A program made the translations under genes and the position numbers. A DNA stretch of 64,000 nt from an uncultured Mycoplasma sp. (lineage in GTDB: Bacteria; Bacillota_I; Bacilli_A; RF39; UBA660): the NCBI GenBank assembly GCA_945947035.1, contig CAMEXD010000003.1:19760-83759 (forward strand), given 5' to 3'. The notes under the pieces were generated by a model, which saw only the letters and a list, made by a program, of their open reading frames with translations, did not search any database and was not told the DNA's origin. Of the stretch, positions 1 to 8,527 are shown piece after piece (positions within the stretch are counted from its first letter, which is position 1; every line of letters starts with the position of its first letter).

Positions 1-515
1 TACTCTAAAGTTTTTAATATTCTTTTTGGAGATTCATAAAAGATAAAAGTATCAACATCGCTTTTTTTGATGTCATCAATTAATCTTTTTTTATCCCTTG
101 TTTCTCTTGGAAAAAAACCATAAAAGGTAAAGGAATCATTTTTTAGTCCACTTATTGATAAAGCTGTTAAAGATGCACTTATTCCTCCAACTCCTATTAC
201 TTCAATGTTATTTAATCTTGCCTGTTCTACTAAAATATAACCAGGATCAGATACACAAGGAAGTCCAGCATCCGTTATTATTGCTATATTTTTACCATTT
301 TTTAGCATTTCTATTATACTATTTACTTTTTCTTTTTCATTAAACTTATGATAAGCAATAAGTTTATTTTTTATATCATAATGATTAAGCAGTATTAAAC
401 TATGTCTTGTATCTTCACACAAAATGACATCTACACTTTTTAAAGTATCAATTGCCCTTTTGGTAAAATCATCTAAATTTCCAATTGGAGTTGCAACAAC
501 ATATAATATTCCCAT
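1..515 (-). CDS. rsmI: 16S rRNA 2'-O-methyltransferase RsmI, N-terminal ~171 codons (gene continues past window start)
   Basis: Absent from the ORF track because the ORF is open at position 1. My minus-strand translation from the ATG at 515-513 gives MGILYVVATPIGNLDDFTKRAIDTLKSVDVILCEDTRHS...ITDAGLPCVSDPGY, a typical RsmI N-terminus. Confidence 0.85.
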   Translation of the reverse strand, partial: MGILYVVATPIGNLDDFTKRAIDTLKSVDVILCEDTRHSLILLNHYDIKNKLIAYHKFNEKEKVNSIIEMLKNGKNIAIITDAGLPCVSDPGYILVEQARLNNIEVIGVGGISASLTALSISGLKNDSFTFYGFFPRETRDKKRLIDDIKKSDVDTFIFYESPKRILKTLE

Positions 516-523
516 AAAATCAC

Positions 524-3067
524 CTACTCATTTTCCTTTATTTCTTTCTTTAATTCATCTAAAATATTTAAAGCTTCAAGTGGTGTTATTTTTAAGATAT
601 CAACTTCTTTTAATTTTTCTTTTATAACATCATGTTTTTCTTCTGCCATATCAAAATCAAGGCTAGTTTGCTTATAAACTTCTTTCTTATTTTTAGGATT
701 TTCATAAATATCTAAGATTTCAGTTGCTCTATCTATTATTTCTTTTGGAAGACCTACTAAAGAAGCAACATGAATACCATAACTTCTGTCAACTGGGCCC
801 ATTTTTACTTTATGTAAGAATGTTATCGTACCATTTTCTTCTAAGGCAGAAACATGAACATTTTTTAAGTTTCTTAATTCTTGTTCTAAAACAGTTAATT
901 CATGATAATGAGTTGAGAATAAAGTTTTACATTTTACTTTATTGTGAACATATTCTAGAATTGATCTAGCAAGACTCATTCCATCGTATGTTGCAGTTCC
1001 ACGACCTAATTCATCAAATAAAATCAAACTATTTTCTGTTGCATTTGATACTGCATTATTTGCTTCTTTCATCTCAACCATAAATGTTGATTCACCAGAT
1101 ACTAAATCATCACTAGCACCAATTCTTGTAAATATTTTATCAAAAATAGGTATTTTACACTCTTTACAAGGAACAAATGAACCCATCTGAGCCATAATTA
1201 TCGTAAGAGCAAGTGTTCTCATAAAAGTTGATTTACCACTCATATTTGGTCCCGTAATAAGTAGAATATTAGTTTTATTATCCATCATAATATCATTTGG
1301 AACATAAGTAAAATTAGCAACTTTTTCAACTACTGGATGTCTTGCATCTTTTATGTAAATACATCTATCATCAACAATCGTAGGTCTTACATAATTATTT
1401 GATTCTGAAACAACTGCTAAAGATAATAAGACATCAACTTCACTTATAATATTAGAAATATTTTGGATTTTTGGAATATAACCTCTTACAATATCTCTTA
1501 TTTGTATGAATAACTCATACTCAAGTTGAATACTTTTTTCATCACTATTTAAAATTAAATCCTCTTTTTCTTTTAATTTAGGTGTTACATATCTTTCACA
1601 ATTAGAAAGAGTTTGTTTTCTTGTATAGTTATATTCATCTTTTATTAAATCTTTTTGTCCATTAGATATTTCAATATAATAACCAAATACTTTATTAAAT
1701 CCAACTTTTAAGTTTTTTATTCCTGTTCTTTCTCTTTCCTCTTGTTCTAGTTTTAAGATAAAATCTTTACCACCACTTGATAAACTTTTTAATTCATCAA
1801 GTTCTTTGCTATAACCTTTTTTTATTATATTTCCTTCTTTTATAGTAACTGGTGCATCTTCATTTATTGATTTATCAAGTAATTCATATAAATCATCTAA
1901 TACTTCTAAAGTTCTATCATATTCTAATTCTTCAAGTATTCTTTTAATATGAGGAAGTGTACTTAAAGAATTTTTTAATTGAATTAGATCTCTAGCATTT
2001 AAATTACCATAGCTTATTCTTCCTGATAATCTTTCAAGATCATAAACATTATTTAAAAGTTCTCTTAATTCTTCTTTTAAGATAAACTCTGTAAGAAGTT
2101 TAGAAATAAAATCATATCTTCTTTCAATTTGTTTTTTATCTACTAAAGGATTTTCAATCCATCTTTTAAGAAGACGAGAACCCATTGCTGTTTTTGTCTT
2201 ATCTAAAAGCCATAAAAGTGAATAAGTTCTTTCTTTTAGTCTTAATGTTTCAACAAGTTCTAGATTTCTTTTTGAGTGAACGTCTAATTCTAGATATTTG
2301 TTTTTATCTATTATGTTTACTTTTTGAAGATGGGTTAAATTACCTTTTTTAGTATCAGTTAAATAATACAACAAATGTTTTATAGAATTAACTACTCTAA
2401 CATCTGTTATACTATCATATATATAAGAGTATGTATCATCATCAAGTAGTGAAGATGAAATAGTAATTAAAATGCTATAGTTTTCTCTTAATGTATTGAT
2501 TATTTTTCTATCTACTAAATCATTTACAATTAATTCTTTAATGTCTAGTCTTATTATTTCATTTATTAATTTTTCAGTATCATAATTTATTAGTTCTGTA
2601 TTTACTTCTCCCGTTGATATATCAGCATAACTAATAGCATAACAATGAGAAAAGTCATAGATACTTCCTATATAATTGTTGCTTTTTTCATCAAGACTAC
2701 TTGATTCCATTAAAGTACCTTTAGTTACAACTTGAATTACTCCTCTTTCTACCATGCCTTTTTGATTAGGATCAGTTAATTGTTCGCAGATTGCAACTTT
2801 ATATCCTTTTTCTACTAATTTTTCTAAGTATGGCAAATAAGCATGATGAGGAACACCACACATAGGAACACGACTTTCTAAACCACAACTTTTACCAGTT
2901 AGAGTAAGTTCTAGTTCTCTTGATGCAAGTTCTGCATCTTCAAAAAACATTTCATAAAAATCTCCAATTCTAAAAAATAAAATGGCATCTTCATAATTTT
3001 GTTTTATATCAAGATATTGTATCATCATTGGTGATAATTTATTTCTATCTACTTCATTTCTTTTCAT
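524..3067 (-). CDS. mutS: DNA mismatch repair protein MutS
   Basis: 847 aa. N-terminal SPMMIQYLDIKQNYEDAILFFRIGDFYEMFFEDA, Walker A GPNMSGKST and STFMVEM motifs. Confidence 0.97.
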   Translation of the reverse strand: MKRNEVDRNKLSPMMIQYLDIKQNYEDAILFFRIGDFYEMFFEDAELASRELELTLTGKSCGLESRVPMCGVPHHAYLPYLEKLVEKGYKVAICEQLTDPNQKGMVERGVIQVVTKGTLMESSSLDEKSNNYIGSIYDFSHCYAISYADISTGEVNTELINYDTEKLINEIIRLDIKELIVNDLVDRKIINTLRENYSILITISSSLLDDDTYSYIYDSITDVRVVNSIKHLLYYLTDTKKGNLTHLQKVNIIDKNKYLELDVHSKRNLELVETLRLKERTYSLLWLLDKTKTAMGSRLLKRWIENPLVDKKQIERRYDFISKLLTEFILKEELRELLNNVYDLERLSGRISYGNLNARDLIQLKNSLSTLPHIKRILEELEYDRTLEVLDDLYELLDKSINEDAPVTIKEGNIIKKGYSKELDELKSLSSGGKDFILKLEQEERERTGIKNLKVGFNKVFGYYIEISNGQKDLIKDEYNYTRKQTLSNCERYVTPKLKEKEDLILNSDEKSIQLEYELFIQIRDIVRGYIPKIQNISNIISEVDVLLSLAVVSESNNYVRPTIVDDRCIYIKDARHPVVEKVANFTYVPNDIMMDNKTNILLITGPNMSGKSTFMRTLALTIIMAQMGSFVPCKECKIPIFDKIFTRIGASDDLVSGESTFMVEMKEANNAVSNATENSLILFDELGRGTATYDGMSLARSILEYVHNKVKCKTLFSTHYHELTVLEQELRNLKNVHVSALEENGTITFLHKVKMGPVDRSYGIHVASLVGLPKEIIDRATEILDIYENPKNKKEVYKQTSLDFDMAEEKHDVIKEKLKEVDILKITPLEALNILDELKKEIKENE

Positions 3068-3176
3068 ATACTTCTACTTCACTTTCAAAAACGTCTTATT
3101 ATATTCTACCAAATTCTTACATTTTTTTAAAGAGAAAATAACCTTTTTTGAGATTTATTTTATATACAAATTAAAA

Positions 3177-3201
3177 CAAGAAACAATTTAAATGTTTCTT
3201 G
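3177..3201 (-). terminator. Rho-independent terminator downstream of surface-protein gene A
   Basis: CAAGAAACA-N7-TGTTTCTTG hairpin, followed on the minus strand by TTTTAATTT. Confidence 0.6.
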
Positions 3202-3210
3202 AGTTTATAT

Positions 3211-4395
3211 CTAATTTGTATTGCCGCGATAGATTTTTATAAAACCTGCACTGCCAGAACCTGGTGTACCTTTTCCTTGATCACCTTCGCCTGTAAGTTT
3301 TCCATTTTTATGGCCAACCCAGATATATCCTGTTGCACCAGCACCTCCAGTATTACTGCCTCCGCTATAGTCAGTTGTACCTCCAGCACCACCGGTTCCA
3401 GATGCACTCCATCGAGTTCCAGTTGTATCATTCATATAAGTAATTCTATCTACTCCAGCACTACCTGATTTCCCATTTGCATTTATATAGTTTCCACCTG
3501 AATCAATACCACCAGTGCCCCCAGAACCAGAGCTAGAAGCGTAATGGGAAGCATCACTACCAGTATTTGCAGAAGTAACAAGCATTGAAGAATAAGATTC
3601 CACAGAACTATTAATATTTGCAGTTGAAGTAACACCTATTGATCCAAGAGAAAATACAATAGTATCTCCTTTATTTAGCATTACTCTTGAACAGGCACAT
3701 CCTCCACCTCCTCCTCCGCCGCCACCATAGGCGTATAATTTTGTGTCAAGATCCTGATAGTCACCATAACCACCATTACCAGAAGCTCCAAATAATTCTA
3801 TTTGAAAATATCCATCTTCCGGAGCAGTCCATGTTTGTGATGTTGTATATGTGTTTATTAAAATATATTCTGTTGGTTCACTTGGAAAAGTTACAACATT
3901 TATATCACTACTTACATTAGATTCTTTGTTATAATTACCACTTTTATCTTGTATTGTATTAGCTTTTAATTTTATATTACCTGTTGTACTTGTTTCACTT
4001 GAAGTTATAGTAATAATATATTTATAACCATTATCTATTTGTTCTTTTTCTATATTACTTATTGTTATATCTCCTGTTACCGTAAAGTTATCGCTTGTTA
4101 AAGTAGTATCAATTACACCAAAATTATCTGTACAATTCATAGTATAATTTGCATTACTATTTATTCCTATTTCAGAGGCATCTGGTCCATCTATTACACA
4201 TGTTGGTCCTTTTAAATCACTATAAACTATTTTAATATTATTTTCTTGTTCTACTTCATAACTAAATAAAGCATATGAAGTCAGTCCTACACATGATAGT
4301 ATTACAAGTATTATCGTTATTAATAAATATTTATTTATTATTTTTACATCGGTTAAGAGGAAATTCTTTAGTTTTTTAACTTGCCCCCCCCCCAT
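3211..4395 (-). CDS. Family member A: signal-anchored protein with an Ig-like middle domain and a glycine-rich C-terminal domain. The reading frame is disconnected from its RBS-served ATG (4414) by a G10 tract.
   Basis: 394-aa ORF. Hydrophobic anchor LLITIILVILSCVGLTSYALFSYE. C-terminal YFQIELFGASGNGG...GGGGGGGGG...GDTIVFSLG...GFIKIYRGNTN. Paralog of 4563..5723 and of the 5' end of 29977..31437. Confidence 0.8.
   Translation of the reverse strand: MGGGQVKKLKNFLLTDVKIINKYLLITIILVILSCVGLTSYALFSYEVEQENNIKIVYSDLKGPTCVIDGPDASEIGINSNANYTMNCTDNFGVIDTTLTSDNFTVTGDITISNIEKEQIDNGYKYIITITSSETSTTGNIKLKANTIQDKSGNYNKESNVSSDINVVTFPSEPTEYILINTYTTSQTWTAPEDGYFQIELFGASGNGGYGDYQDLDTKLYAYGGGGGGGGGCACSRVMLNKGDTIVFSLGSIGVTSTANINSSVESYSSMLVTSANTGSDASHYASSSGSGGTGGIDSGGNYINANGKSGSAGVDRITYMNDTTGTRWSASGTGGAGGTTDYSGGSNTGGAGATGYIWVGHKNGKLTGEGDQGKGTPGSGSAGFIKIYRGNTN
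4384..4393 (-). repeat. Homopolymeric G10 (C10 on plus strand) tract inside the 5' end of gene A
   Basis: Counted directly: ttg-cccccccccc-atatcg. The upstream frame reads MQTKIRYGGGAS-stop. Confidence 0.95.
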
Positions 4396-4414
4396 ATCGA
4401 ATTTTTGTTTGCAT

Positions 4415-4478
4415 TTTTTTATACCTCCATTTTTTTAACACAAAAAAATGTGTTATTTTCTATGAGATTATCATAACA
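4415..4478 (-). promoter_or_regulatory. Shared 5' cassette of gene A: extended -10 (TGTTATGAT), AACACA-N7-TGTGTT palindrome (4437..4454), GGAGGT RBS
   Basis: Conserved with 5724..5786 and 31438..31501. The promoter call comes from the TGnTAnnAT motif only. Confidence 0.5.
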
Positions 4479-4562
4479 GATTTTTATATTTTTTACTATA
4501 TAAATTTATTTTTTAATAATTATATCAAAAAATAAACCAAAAGAAAGAAAAATATTCTTGTT

Positions 4563-5723
4563 TTAATTTGTATTACCACGATATATCTTTATAAAACCAG
4601 ATTTTCCTGAATCTCCTGCATATTTTTCTATATTTGCCGATGAAGTTCCGTCTTTATTATAAACATCTCCACCTTTTCCTCCAACATTTCCACCAGTATA
4701 TCCTGGAGAACCTCCTGATCCTCCTACTGCTCTCGTTGTCCCTGACCATACTATATTTCGTTGTCCAATTAATCCTTTTTCTCCATTAATATTTTGATAA
4801 TTTCCTCCAGAAGCAACTCCACCTTCACCACAAGTATCCATGTGAGCTGTACTTGTGATATCTCCAGCATCTGTTCCACTTGTTGTTTGCATATTTGCAT
4901 ATGTTTCTTTTGAACTTTTAATTACTACCGAAGAAGTAGCACCAACGCCACCAATTGTAAATGTTATTTTATCCCCTTTATTTAACTTCACACGAGAATT
5001 AGCATAAGCTCCACCACCTCCACCATTTCCTCCATTAAAATAATAATGAAAAGGACTGGAAGAAGTATAAGTATGACCCTTGCCTCCGTTTCCACTTGAA
5101 CCGAATAATTCTATTTGAAAATATCCATTTTCTGGAGCAATAAATGTACCAGAACTTGTATACGTATCCATAAACACATATTCTGTTGGTTCTGGTGGAA
5201 AAGTTACAACATTTATATCACTACTTACATTAGATTCTTTGTTATAATTACCACTTTTATCTTGTATTGTATTAGCTTTTAATTTTATATTACCTGTTGT
5301 ACTTGTTTCACTTGAAGTTATAGTAATAATATATTTATAACCATTATCTATTTGTTCTTTTTCTATATTACTTATTGTTATATCTCCTGTTACCGTAAAG
5401 TTATCGCTTGTTAAAGTAGTATCAATTACACCAAAATTATCTGTACAATTCATAGTATAATTTGCATTACTATTTATTCCTATTTCTGATACATCAGGTC
5501 CATCTATTACACATACTGGTCCTTTTAAATCACTATAAACTATTTTTATACTATTTTCTTGTTCTACTTCATAACTAAATAAGGCATATGAAGTTAGTCC
5601 TACAAATGATAGTATTACAAGTATTATCGTTATTAATAAATATTTATTTATTATTTTCACATCGGTTAAGAGGAATCTTCTTAGTTTTTTAGCATACCCA
5701 CCATAGTTAATTTTTGTTTGCAT
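4563..5723 (-). CDS. Family member B: signal-anchored protein with Ig-like and glycine-rich domains, no homopolymer tract
   Basis: 386 aa, MQTKINYGGYAKKLRRFLLTDVKIINKYLLITIILVILSFVGLTSYALFSYE. The first ~185 aa are nearly identical to A. The Gly-rich domain is divergent, and the end GFIKIYRGNTN is the same. Confidence 0.85.
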   Translation of the reverse strand: MQTKINYGGYAKKLRRFLLTDVKIINKYLLITIILVILSFVGLTSYALFSYEVEQENSIKIVYSDLKGPVCVIDGPDVSEIGINSNANYTMNCTDNFGVIDTTLTSDNFTVTGDITISNIEKEQIDNGYKYIITITSSETSTTGNIKLKANTIQDKSGNYNKESNVSSDINVVTFPPEPTEYVFMDTYTSSGTFIAPENGYFQIELFGSSGNGGKGHTYTSSSPFHYYFNGGNGGGGGAYANSRVKLNKGDKITFTIGGVGATSSVVIKSSKETYANMQTTSGTDAGDITSTAHMDTCGEGGVASGGNYQNINGEKGLIGQRNIVWSGTTRAVGGSGGSPGYTGGNVGGKGGDVYNKDGTSSANIEKYAGDSGKSGFIKIYRGNTN

Positions 5724-5786
5724 ATTTTTTGCCTCCGTTTTTTTAACACAGAAAATGTGTTATATTCTTATGAATTAATTCTAACA
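5724..5786 (-). promoter_or_regulatory. Shared 5' cassette of gene B: TGTTAGAAT extended -10, AACACA-N5-TGTGTT palindrome (5745..5761), GGAGGC RBS
   Basis: Alignment with the A and C upstream regions. Confidence 0.5.
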
Positions 5787-6001
5787 TTTTTTTATATTTT
5801 TTACTATATAATTTTATTTTTTAATAATTATATTGGAAAAATAAACCAAAAGAAAACAAATTATTGACAGAATATTTTATTTATAATAGTATTTAAGACG
5901 TAGAGGAATATTATATTAATTTTTTAATATAATAAAAAAGAGACAACACTAATTTTGTTCGTTAGTACTGTTTCTATTCTATTTAGTGATTATTTATTAA
6001 T

Positions 6002-6038
6002 AAAAAGTACCATTTCAAATGTTTGATTGGTACTTTTT
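6002..6038. terminator. Bidirectional hairpin terminator downstream of the sepM/ylbL-like gene
   Basis: AAAAAGTACCA-loop-TGGTACTTTTT with flanking A/T runs. Confidence 0.65.
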
Positions 6039-6042
6039 ATTA

Positions 6043-7047
6043 TTACAAATTATTTAATACTTCAAGAGCTTCATCGAATGTTGATACTCCATAAATTTTG
6101 ATATCATAATTTTTCTCCTGTTTTATTTTAACTGCTTCATCATAGTTTTCTATAGGACAGATAAAAATATCACATTTTTTACTCACTGCTCCTTTTAATT
6201 TTTCTTTTACTCCTCCGATTTCACCAACATTGCCATCATCATCAATTGTTCCTGTACCACTTACTTTATATCCTTTAGTTATATCATAATCCACTAATTT
6301 ATTATAAATACTTAAAGTCATAATAAGTCCTCCGGATGGTCCAACTTCTTTATCACTAAATGAAAACGTTATATCAGGATCAGTTTTAAAATATTGTTTT
6401 ACTGCAAGATAGATACCAATTTTTTTTACACCATCAATATCAATAAGAGTTCCACTAACCTCTTTTTCTTTACCATTTCTTAAAACCGTTAAATTTATAA
6501 TATCACTTTCACTAACAAAATTATTTAGATCATCCAAGGTGTTTATAGTATTTCCATTAACTTTTGTTATAATATCTCCAACTTCTACTTCTGTTTTAGC
6601 ATTTTTATCAATATAAACAACATATATTTCTTCTTGTTCTATTTCGATTTTCTTACCAAGCTTTGTATATGCAACTTTAGTAGCACTATTTAAAGATGAA
6701 TTAAAATACATTTTTTCTCTGAAATCATATTCATTTTTTTCTTCATTTTCAAGGGTTACTTCTTCTATTTTATTAAGAGTAAAACTAGGTATAATTTTAC
6801 CTAAAATAAAAGTTAAGACATTTCCATTTAATTCTTTAACATAGCAAGAATTAAAGCTACCTTCTTTTTTTATTTCATCTTCCACTTCTATTTTTTTATC
6901 CATATTTATTATACCACCACCAATTGTTAAAGTATAATCTGTTGGAATAATAAGAATTAAAGCAACTAAAATTGGCGCAAAAAAAGATATAACTTCTTTA
7001 GGATTTTTAAAAAAATTTATCAAATTGTTTTCAATTTTTTGTATCAT
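6043..7047 (-). CDS. PDZ-domain Lon-like serine protease (YlbL/SepM family)
   Basis: N-terminal TM, PDZ-like middle and Lon catalytic-type GPSGGL...K region. Start moved to MIQKIEN (AAGGAG RBS); the track's longer N-terminus is probably spurious. Confidence 0.8.
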   Translation of the reverse strand: MIQKIENNLINFFKNPKEVISFFAPILVALILIIPTDYTLTIGGGIINMDKKIEVEDEIKKEGSFNSCYVKELNGNVLTFILGKIIPSFTLNKIEEVTLENEEKNEYDFREKMYFNSSLNSATKVAYTKLGKKIEIEQEEIYVVYIDKNAKTEVEVGDIITKVNGNTINTLDDLNNFVSESDIINLTVLRNGKEKEVSGTLIDIDGVKKIGIYLAVKQYFKTDPDITFSFSDKEVGPSGGLIMTLSIYNKLVDYDITKGYKVSGTGTIDDDGNVGEIGGVKEKLKGAVSKKCDIFICPIENYDEAVKIKQEKNYDIKIYGVSTFDEALEVLNNL

Positions 7048-7090
7048 AATTTTTCTCCTTAATATAATTATAACAGAGGATATTTGGAAT

Positions 7091-8044
7091 ATGAAAAAAA
7101 TATTTATTAAATTTACAACTTTTTTATTTATCATATTTTTAATCTATAGTATTTTTACTAAAACAAAAGTTGTTACAAGCTCTATAGAATTTAGTATGAA
7201 CTTATTTTTAAAAAATATTTTTCCTTCACTATTTCCTATGTTTATTTTAACATCTGTTTTAACAGCAATTGGTTTACCTGATTTTCTAGGTAATATTTTT
7301 AATAAACTATGGCATATTTTATTTAAAACTAAAGGTATATCTTCTTTTGTATTTTTTTCATCTATGTTAAGTGGTTTTCCAAGTAGTGGTAGATTAATAA
7401 ATGATCTATTAGATAAAAAATTAATCAATGAGACTGATGCTTCTAAAATGCTTAATTTTACTTTTTTTGCTAATCCTTTATTTGTTATTAATACAGTTGG
7501 TGTTATGTTTTTAAATAATAGAAAAATTGGTATGTTAATTTTATTATCTCATATTTTAGGTAATATTATCGTTGGTATTTTATTTAGAAATTTATATCAA
7601 GATAATGAAAAAATAGAAACTATTAGTTTTAAAAAATCACTTAAACTTTTCAATCAAAAAATAAATAATACCAATATAATAAAAGAGTTTTTAGGAAGTA
7701 TTTCAAAAACTATTATTACTCTTTTAAATGTCTTTGGTATTATTACTTGTTTTATTATTTTAATAAATTTAATTAATATTGATATAAATCCTTTATTTAA
7801 CTCATTATTTAAAGGCATAATAGAGCAAACAACAGGGCTTAAATATCTATCTATGACAAACATCTCTTATGATATAAAAGTATTTCTTTCAACATTTTTA
7901 ATATCATTTGGTGGTTTAAGTATTCACGCTCAAATCTTTAATATTTTAAATAATTATAAAATTAAATATTATCCTTTTTTACTATCAAGAATAATTCATG
8001 CAGGAATCAGTACTTTTATAATTTATATTATTTTAAGCCTATAG
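7091..8044 (+). CDS. ylbJ: Sporulation integral membrane protein YlbJ (nucleoside-recognition domain family)
   Basis: Multi-TM protein with an FPSLFPMFILTSVL motif. Adjacent to the ylbL-like gene, as in Bacillus. Start at MKKIFIKF after AGAGGA. Confidence 0.75.
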   Translation: MKKIFIKFTTFLFIIFLIYSIFTKTKVVTSSIEFSMNLFLKNIFPSLFPMFILTSVLTAIGLPDFLGNIFNKLWHILFKTKGISSFVFFSSMLSGFPSSGRLINDLLDKKLINETDASKMLNFTFFANPLFVINTVGVMFLNNRKIGMLILLSHILGNIIVGILFRNLYQDNEKIETISFKKSLKLFNQKINNTNIIKEFLGSISKTIITLLNVFGIITCFIILINLINIDINPLFNSLFKGIIEQTTGLKYLSMTNISYDIKVFLSTFLISFGGLSIHAQIFNILNNYKIKYYPFLLSRIIHAGISTFIIYIILSL

Positions 8045-8516
8045 GATGAATAATATTTATTCCATAATTTACATCTTTATCAATTTCATGATAAGGAATA
8101 TTTATAATTAAAAACTTGTTATCATCACTTAGTTTTATAGTTATAATGCCATTAATTTCTAAGTATTCTCTTTTTGGGATAGGATATACTTTATTGTTGT
8201 AAGTTATAACAAAAGTACTATAATCGATACTAAATGTTGATTCACTATTATCTGCAAACTTAAATACTGCAGATATAGTTGTATTTGAAGTATCAGTATT
8301 TTTTAATTCTTTAAATTCTCTTTTTATTAAGTCATCACTTATTACTTTAGTTAGTGTAGTTTTATATTCTAAAAGTTCTTTTTCCATAGTAGTTGTAGTA
8401 TTAGAATTTTTTAAGTTAATTATTACATCCATCATACCAAATACTAATATCATAAGCATTACAAAAACTACAATAAATTCAACAACAGATACACCTTTAT
8501 TATTTAATTTTTTCAT
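8028..8516 (-). CDS. Prepilin-type N-terminal cleavage/methylation domain protein (pseudopilin-like)
   Basis: MKKLNNKG|VSVVEFIVVFVMLMIL: a G-x4-E class III signal followed by a hydrophobic helix. Confidence 0.7.
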   Translation of the reverse strand: MKKLNNKGVSVVEFIVVFVMLMILVFGMMDVIINLKNSNTTTTMEKELLEYKTTLTKVISDDLIKREFKELKNTDTSNTTISAVFKFADNSESTFSIDYSTFVITYNNKVYPIPKREYLEINGIITIKLSDDNKFLIINIPYHEIDKDVNYGINIIHPIGLK

Positions 8517-8527
8517 TATTTACCTCC

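Larger units (their letters stand above)
3211..5864 (-). repeat. Tandem duplication: two ~1.3-kb units, each holding one family gene plus its upstream region
   Basis: Plus-strand offset is 1313 nt. I saw no differences across about 3885-4160 versus 5198-5473. The C-terminal-domain halves have diverged, and upstream regions align as far as AAACCAAAAGAAA. Confidence 0.85.

Noticed and set aside
155-969. Plus-strand ORFs 155..343, 424..627 and 724..969
   Set aside because: They are antisense to rsmI and mutS, with Leu/Phe-rich products typical of AT-rich antisense frames. The same reasoning applies to 7144..7428, 7654..7863, 14428..14923, 17968..18153, 25961..26173, 28290..28775, 31325..31585, 33216..33796, 34899..35138, 36621..36821, 45587..46599, 49347..49568, 52857..53210, 56587..56862, 58120..58302 and 62633..62818.
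3698-3727. The run of nine Gly codons in gene A, considered as a second slippage tract
   Set aside because: The DNA is a mix of GGA/GGT/GGC/GGG codons (cctccacctcctcctccgccgccacc) and not a homopolymer or perfect short repeat, so it is unlikely to be hypermutable.
3199-3920. Track ORFs 3199..3468 (+), 3237..3431 (-) and 3687..3920 (+) inside gene A; likewise 30381..30830 and 30680..30865 inside gene C
   Set aside because: These are alternative or antisense frames of Gly/Ser/Thr-rich coding sequence. They have low-complexity products and no RBS, and they lie nested in a well-supported gene.
7025-7134. Long N-terminal extensions in track ORFs (6043..7134, 7025..8044, 14342..15331, 25608..26573, 34643..35905, 57804..58295, 29977..31452)
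   Set aside because: In each case an internal Met preceded by a good GGAGG-type RBS matches the family N-terminus. The extensions overlap divergent genes or the RBS itself.
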